Source of the DNA: Ferrimicrobium sp.
Lineage (GTDB): Bacteria > Actinomycetota > Acidimicrobiia > Acidimicrobiales > Acidimicrobiaceae
Direction of reading: 5' to 3'
DNA length: 64,000 nt
Assembly: GCA_022690815.1 (NCBI GenBank)
Contig: JALCZJ010000012.1
Span: 7,150 to 71,149 of the forward strand
A model generated the notes under the pieces. It was given only the letters and a program-made list of their open reading frames with translations, was not told where the DNA came from and searched no databases. The position numbers and the translations under genes are program-made. Shown piece by piece: positions 60,977 to 64,000 of the stretch. The number at the start of each line of letters is the position of its first letter. Position 1 is the first letter of the stretch.

Positions 60977-61246
60977 CTAATTGACATGCATCACGTGTAA
61001 CACAAGACCTACGAAACCATCCAGACTTAAGAGCCCAAAGAGAACAGCAGAGGTATAGGCGGGGCCGACTCTTGTCTTGGTCTCGACTGCTTTGGAGCCA
61101 GAACGTCCCCACTGATGGTATGCCAAGTAATGGACAACCCGGGGAGAGTGCTCCCTTACGACCGAATTAGCCTTTACCAGTTCCAACCAGCAGCCGAGCA
61201 AGGCGCACGTACCCTGACCGAAGTATAGAATATCTAAAATCGACAT
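60977..61246 (-). CDS. small 2-TM protein (89 aa), third gene of a peptide operon
   Basis: Hydrophobic segments ILYFGQGTCALLGCWLELV and AVLFGLLSLDGFVGLVLHVM. Start is 7 nt after the stop of the upstream ORF. Confidence 0.5.
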   Translation of the reverse strand: MSILDILYFGQGTCALLGCWLELVKANSVVREHSPRVVHYLAYHQWGRSGSKAVETKTRVGPAYTSAVLFGLLSLDGFVGLVLHVMHVN

Positions 61247-61253
61247 CTAAAGC

Positions 61254-61532
61254 CTAAGCCATGCTGGGTGCGACACCGTCGCGAATTGGCGGCGTGGACA
61301 AGGAGCCAATGACTGAAAACACGACACTCGCAGCAGATAATCCACACGACAGATATCCGATAATGTTAGAACTGCTAGTGGGCTTAAACTCACCGTCATC
61401 GGGATTGACAACGGAGTTAATCTGACTAACCATACAAAGCGCTACTCCGATATCTACTAGGATGCTGTTACCGCTTCCACCCGCACAGTCGCCGATAGGG
61501 CCAAACCGAGCTAACTCAACACTACTGCTCAT
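61254..61532 (-). CDS. small hydrophobic two-Cys hairpin peptide (92 aa)
   Basis: ATG 61532 is preceded by GGAG and lies 1 nt after the stop of the upstream peptide gene. Sequence MSSSVELARFGPIGDCAGGSGNSILVDIGVALCMV...YLSCGLSAASVVFSVIGSLSTP. Confidence 0.5.
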   Translation of the reverse strand: MSSSVELARFGPIGDCAGGSGNSILVDIGVALCMVSQINSVVNPDDGEFKPTSSSNIIGYLSCGLSAASVVFSVIGSLSTPPIRDGVAPSMA

Positions 61533-61533
61533 A

Positions 61534-61743
61534 TCAGACTCCATTCCCATACGGAGTCGAGCCGTAAGGTGTGCTGTATGTGTAGGTGCCACCTACGCCA
61601 CCAGACCCAGCCGTGTATCCCAGCTGCGCTGGAATAACGGTAGATTCATTAGACGTCAACCCGATCCCAGTCCCCAAGCTAGCGAGACCAGGACTCAGAG
61701 CTACTACTGCTCCCCCTCGAACCATACTCCGTACTTTCATCAT
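61534..61743 (-). CDS. small secreted Gly/Tyr/Thr-rich peptide (paralog B, 69 aa)
   Basis: Sec-type leader MMKVRSMVRGGAVVALSPGLASLG followed by TGIGLTSNESTVIPAQLGYTAGSGGVGGTYTYSTPYGSTPYGNGV. Confidence 0.55.
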   Translation of the reverse strand: MMKVRSMVRGGAVVALSPGLASLGTGIGLTSNESTVIPAQLGYTAGSGGVGGTYTYSTPYGSTPYGNGV

Positions 61744-61960
61744 TACCCCTGCTGGTAATCATCGCCACCTGAGTGATCGTCTGGTGCAATCGAAAACCTA
61801 ACACATCATGGCGACGATTGCACGACATTTTCAGTTATTATCAAAAGTTTATCATCTAGCAGGGAGTCTGGCGGACCTTCCATGGGAGTGCCAGCTCCCG
61901 ACAAGAAGTGGTATTCGGGTGGGCGAATGATCTAGCCGTGGCGAGAGCCCTGGACCCAAG
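61654..61960. repeat. 307-bp segmental duplication, copy B
   Basis: See copy A. The ISAzo13-like fragment stops at the repeat boundary (61960) in this copy. Confidence 0.85.
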
Positions 61961-62518
61961 AGCCAGGTCCCCTATAGTGCCGAGCGGCCTGCGGTGTTGT
62001 GGAGTTTCTTTTATAGTTAACACGAGTGTTGTAATGGCTAGCAGTCAATCCGTCGCAAACGAAGCGCTGGCTGTAGCGTGTCGCACCCATTTGGCAAGCA
62101 CGAATCTCCCATCACCGAGAACGACGAGAGGATCGGGGTTTGGTCGTGGGGGGCAGCTGATGTCCACGGTCAATGGGTAATTTGCTCCATGGTTGCTCAT
62201 GTCCGTCGCAGTCTGCCTTAGCAACTTCACTCCAAGCGACGGTGCGAGCGGACCGATTGGCCCGATTCACAACGCTGGAATGCGTCAGCTTGGGGCAGAT
62301 GCTGATCTGCCGTGCCAAACGCACCCCGACAAGAGGGTCAAGTGCGCTTGCATAGAGACTGAATCGGAGAAGCGTTTAAAAACTCATCCGATCCAACACT
62401 TGGTTTCACGCAAGCAGTTAAACCTGTTATCTAGACCTTGTGAGTCCCATAACCGACTACGCACACAACCTGCGGCCAGTCGGATGGAACTCACGGGGTA
62501 CAAAGGACAAACCAGCAA

Positions 62519-62815
62519 TTATGCAGCTTGATCCAACTCTCCAGCCCTGATGAAGACGACCTGATCCGCTTCCTCGGCGCTACCGGAGACCGTCCCAGCC
62601 TTACGACCGAGAAGGAAGAAGCAATAAGCTAGGGCTCCCAGTGTCACTAGGGACAGACCGAATGCTGCTGTGATCGGCAGAAAGGTTCGTAGCCCAACCG
62701 TGAGCGCTACCAAATAGGTTCCAAAACACCCTACAGTGCCGAGGATGGTCAATCCTCGCTCGCCAAGCAGCTCCAGTCCGCCTTTCCCGTTGATGGCTGT
62801 GATTCTCGTTCCCAT
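62519..62815 (-). CDS. hypothetical small membrane protein (2-3 TMS)
   Basis: ATG 62815 is preceded by aaagggga. Hydrophobic segments LTILGTVGCFGTYLVALTVGL and ITAAFGLSLVTLGALAYCFFLL. Confidence 0.5.
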   Translation of the reverse strand: MGTRITAINGKGGLELLGERGLTILGTVGCFGTYLVALTVGLRTFLPITAAFGLSLVTLGALAYCFFLLGRKAGTVSGSAEEADQVVFIRAGELDQAA

Positions 62816-62891
62816 TCTCAATATCCCCTTTCATTTATATCATATTCATTTACTTCATATGCTCGACAATTTACTGTCCGAAATGGAGCTA

Positions 62892-63368
62892 CTATCCTCC
62901 CTTCGTCTTTGGTTCAACGCGTCTGGTGGCATCACGCCTGGCTCGAAGCCGAATTAGGCGGCTCACGACAAAGGTTACAAGCGCGACTCCTATCAGAGCA
63001 AGGGCGCTCAGATCAGACCCTGTGGAACGCGATTCCAAAGCAGGAATGAAGTCCTTAACCACCAGGCTATATGTCGAGCCAGCGAGGACAAGAGTGATCA
63101 GCGCCATAGAGACCCTGTTGAGTGTTCGCAACCTATGGATGGCCGACGAGCTAAACAGAACTGCTGACTCACCCCTGTCGACTTGGGCGAGGTATCGCTT
63201 CGTGCGAGGCAGCTGCAACCAACCTAAGAGTGCATCCCGCGAACGATCAAAGTCCGGAAAGAGGTTGCGCACGGTAAAGACCGCAAGTAGTATACCTCCC
63301 ACCACACACCATATGATTGCAACGATGCCCAGGATCGGGGGGTGAATGTGCTTGCCGGCAGCGATCAT
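62892..63368 (-). CDS. hypothetical membrane protein (3 TMS)
   Basis: Open frame with PILGIVAIIWCVVGGILLAVF, MALITLVLAGSTYSLVV and LSALALIGVALVTFVV. Confidence 0.5.
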   Translation of the reverse strand: MIAAGKHIHPPILGIVAIIWCVVGGILLAVFTVRNLFPDFDRSRDALLGWLQLPRTKRYLAQVDRGESAVLFSSSAIHRLRTLNRVSMALITLVLAGSTYSLVVKDFIPALESRSTGSDLSALALIGVALVTFVVSRLIRLRARRDATRRVEPKTKGG

Positions 63369-63579
63369 GTACAGATCGATCCCACCAAAAACACTCCAGT
63401 TGGAGCTAGAAAGGAGAAACCAAACAGACTTTTGACGTTATCTGGTTCGAGGCTGTCAGCTTCACCCCCCAAAACCTGAGTTACTCATCGCTCATCTCCT
63501 CCAGGCGTTATCTTGTCACGGGAATGCGAATATTTGAATCCAGGGGAAGAGGCTAGCGAGACAAACCTCCAATAGAAGG

Positions 63580-63813
63580 TCATTGCGCTGCCTTAGTACT
63601 CCGCTGTCCCCTAGAGCCCTTGACTAGTAGCCTCACAATGGCTCTACCCTGACAACCAAAGGCCACGAAATAGACAAGGCCTCCCAAAATAACAGATTGC
63701 AAACCACCATGGGGGTGGATTGTGAGACCAACAATCGTTGCCAGTAACAAGGCTAGGACCCATTGCAGGACGACCTCTCTCTTTAAACTTTTAGCAATCT
63801 TAAGGAGTTTCAA
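63580..63813 (-). CDS. small 2-TM protein (77 aa)
   Basis: VVLQWVLALLLATIVGLTI and VILGGLVYFVAFGC. Overlaps the end of the upstream peptide ORF by 14 nt. Confidence 0.5.
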   Translation of the reverse strand: MKLLKIAKSLKREVVLQWVLALLLATIVGLTIHPHGGLQSVILGGLVYFVAFGCQGRAIVRLLVKGSRGQRSTKAAQ

Positions 63814-64000
63814 CGTAACCTCCTGGATGAATAGCGTGTACCGGGGTTGCAGCCCCCGCTATCAGGAGGGTCCACCCAGTGATAGTTCCGGCGACAGCGC
63901 AGCCATTTGCATAAGTCTTTCCGCTGACTGAAACATCGCCATCCTGTGTGTTGAGGTATGCCCCAACTGCGCCTATCAAGCAAGCGCCTCCAGCCTCCAA
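63800..64000 (-). CDS. small hydrophobic two-Cys peptide, 5' end outside the window
   Basis: ...GGACLIGAVGAYLNTQDGDVSVSGKTYANGCAVAGTITGWTLLIAGAATP.... Same architecture as 61254..61532: Cys in a hydrophobic segment, an N.xDG loop, a second Cys, a hydrophobic segment, then TP. Confidence 0.4.
   Translation of the reverse strand: MEAGGACLIGAVGAYLNTQDGDVSVSGKTYANGCAVAGTITGWTLLIAGAATPVHAIHPGGYVETP

Noticed and set aside
1-64000. A scan for CRISPR arrays, rRNA genes and long tandem repeats.
   Set aside because: I saw no regularly spaced direct repeats and no rRNA-like conserved blocks. The only repeats found are the dispersed ones reported above.

Overview
A 64-kb window from a high-G+C, actinobacterium-like chromosome. 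Supporting gene content includes an F420/deazaflavin DDN-family gene, cydABDC, a HelZ-like SNF2/SWIM helicase, leaderless-type promoters and many 4-nt start/stop overlaps. Positions 1-53,300 are mostly ordinary, densely packed housekeeping and catabolic genes. These include a GAF-EAL c-di-GMP phosphodiesterase, an SNF2 helicase, a GntR-flanked peptidase/aminotransferase divergon, a secreted glutamic (G1) peptidase and an MFS-MarR fusion. Further along are a split transketolase next to soxR, a DUF4331 operon, cydABDC, a PLD-family protein and an APC permease. The block ends with an amidase, MFS, phosphatase, M20 and SDR genes, a five-gene Dpp/Opp-type ABC operon, Fur and a DDN-family reductase. 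Two core genes are decayed. An aldo/keto reductase carries five in-frame TAG codons, two frameshifts and an IS5-like MITE. An M20 dipeptidase is split by one frameshift. From about 53,340 the character changes. First comes a ~600-nt G+C-rich stretch with almost no ORFs, which may be a structured RNA. An abrupt AT-rich tract at 53,975-54,030 follows. After that, a visibly lower-G+C accessory island runs to the window edge. The island is full of transposase debris (IS1595-like, two ISAzo13-like fragments, three copies of an unclassified element terminus). It also holds a 307-bp segmental duplication and repeated modules of tiny secreted or Cys-containing peptides followed by small 2-TM proteins, which are candidate bacteriocin/toxin-immunity cassettes. 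I found no rRNA, tRNA or CRISPR array. All calls rest on motif recognition by eye in the supplied translations and on manual reading of the DNA. No database search was run.
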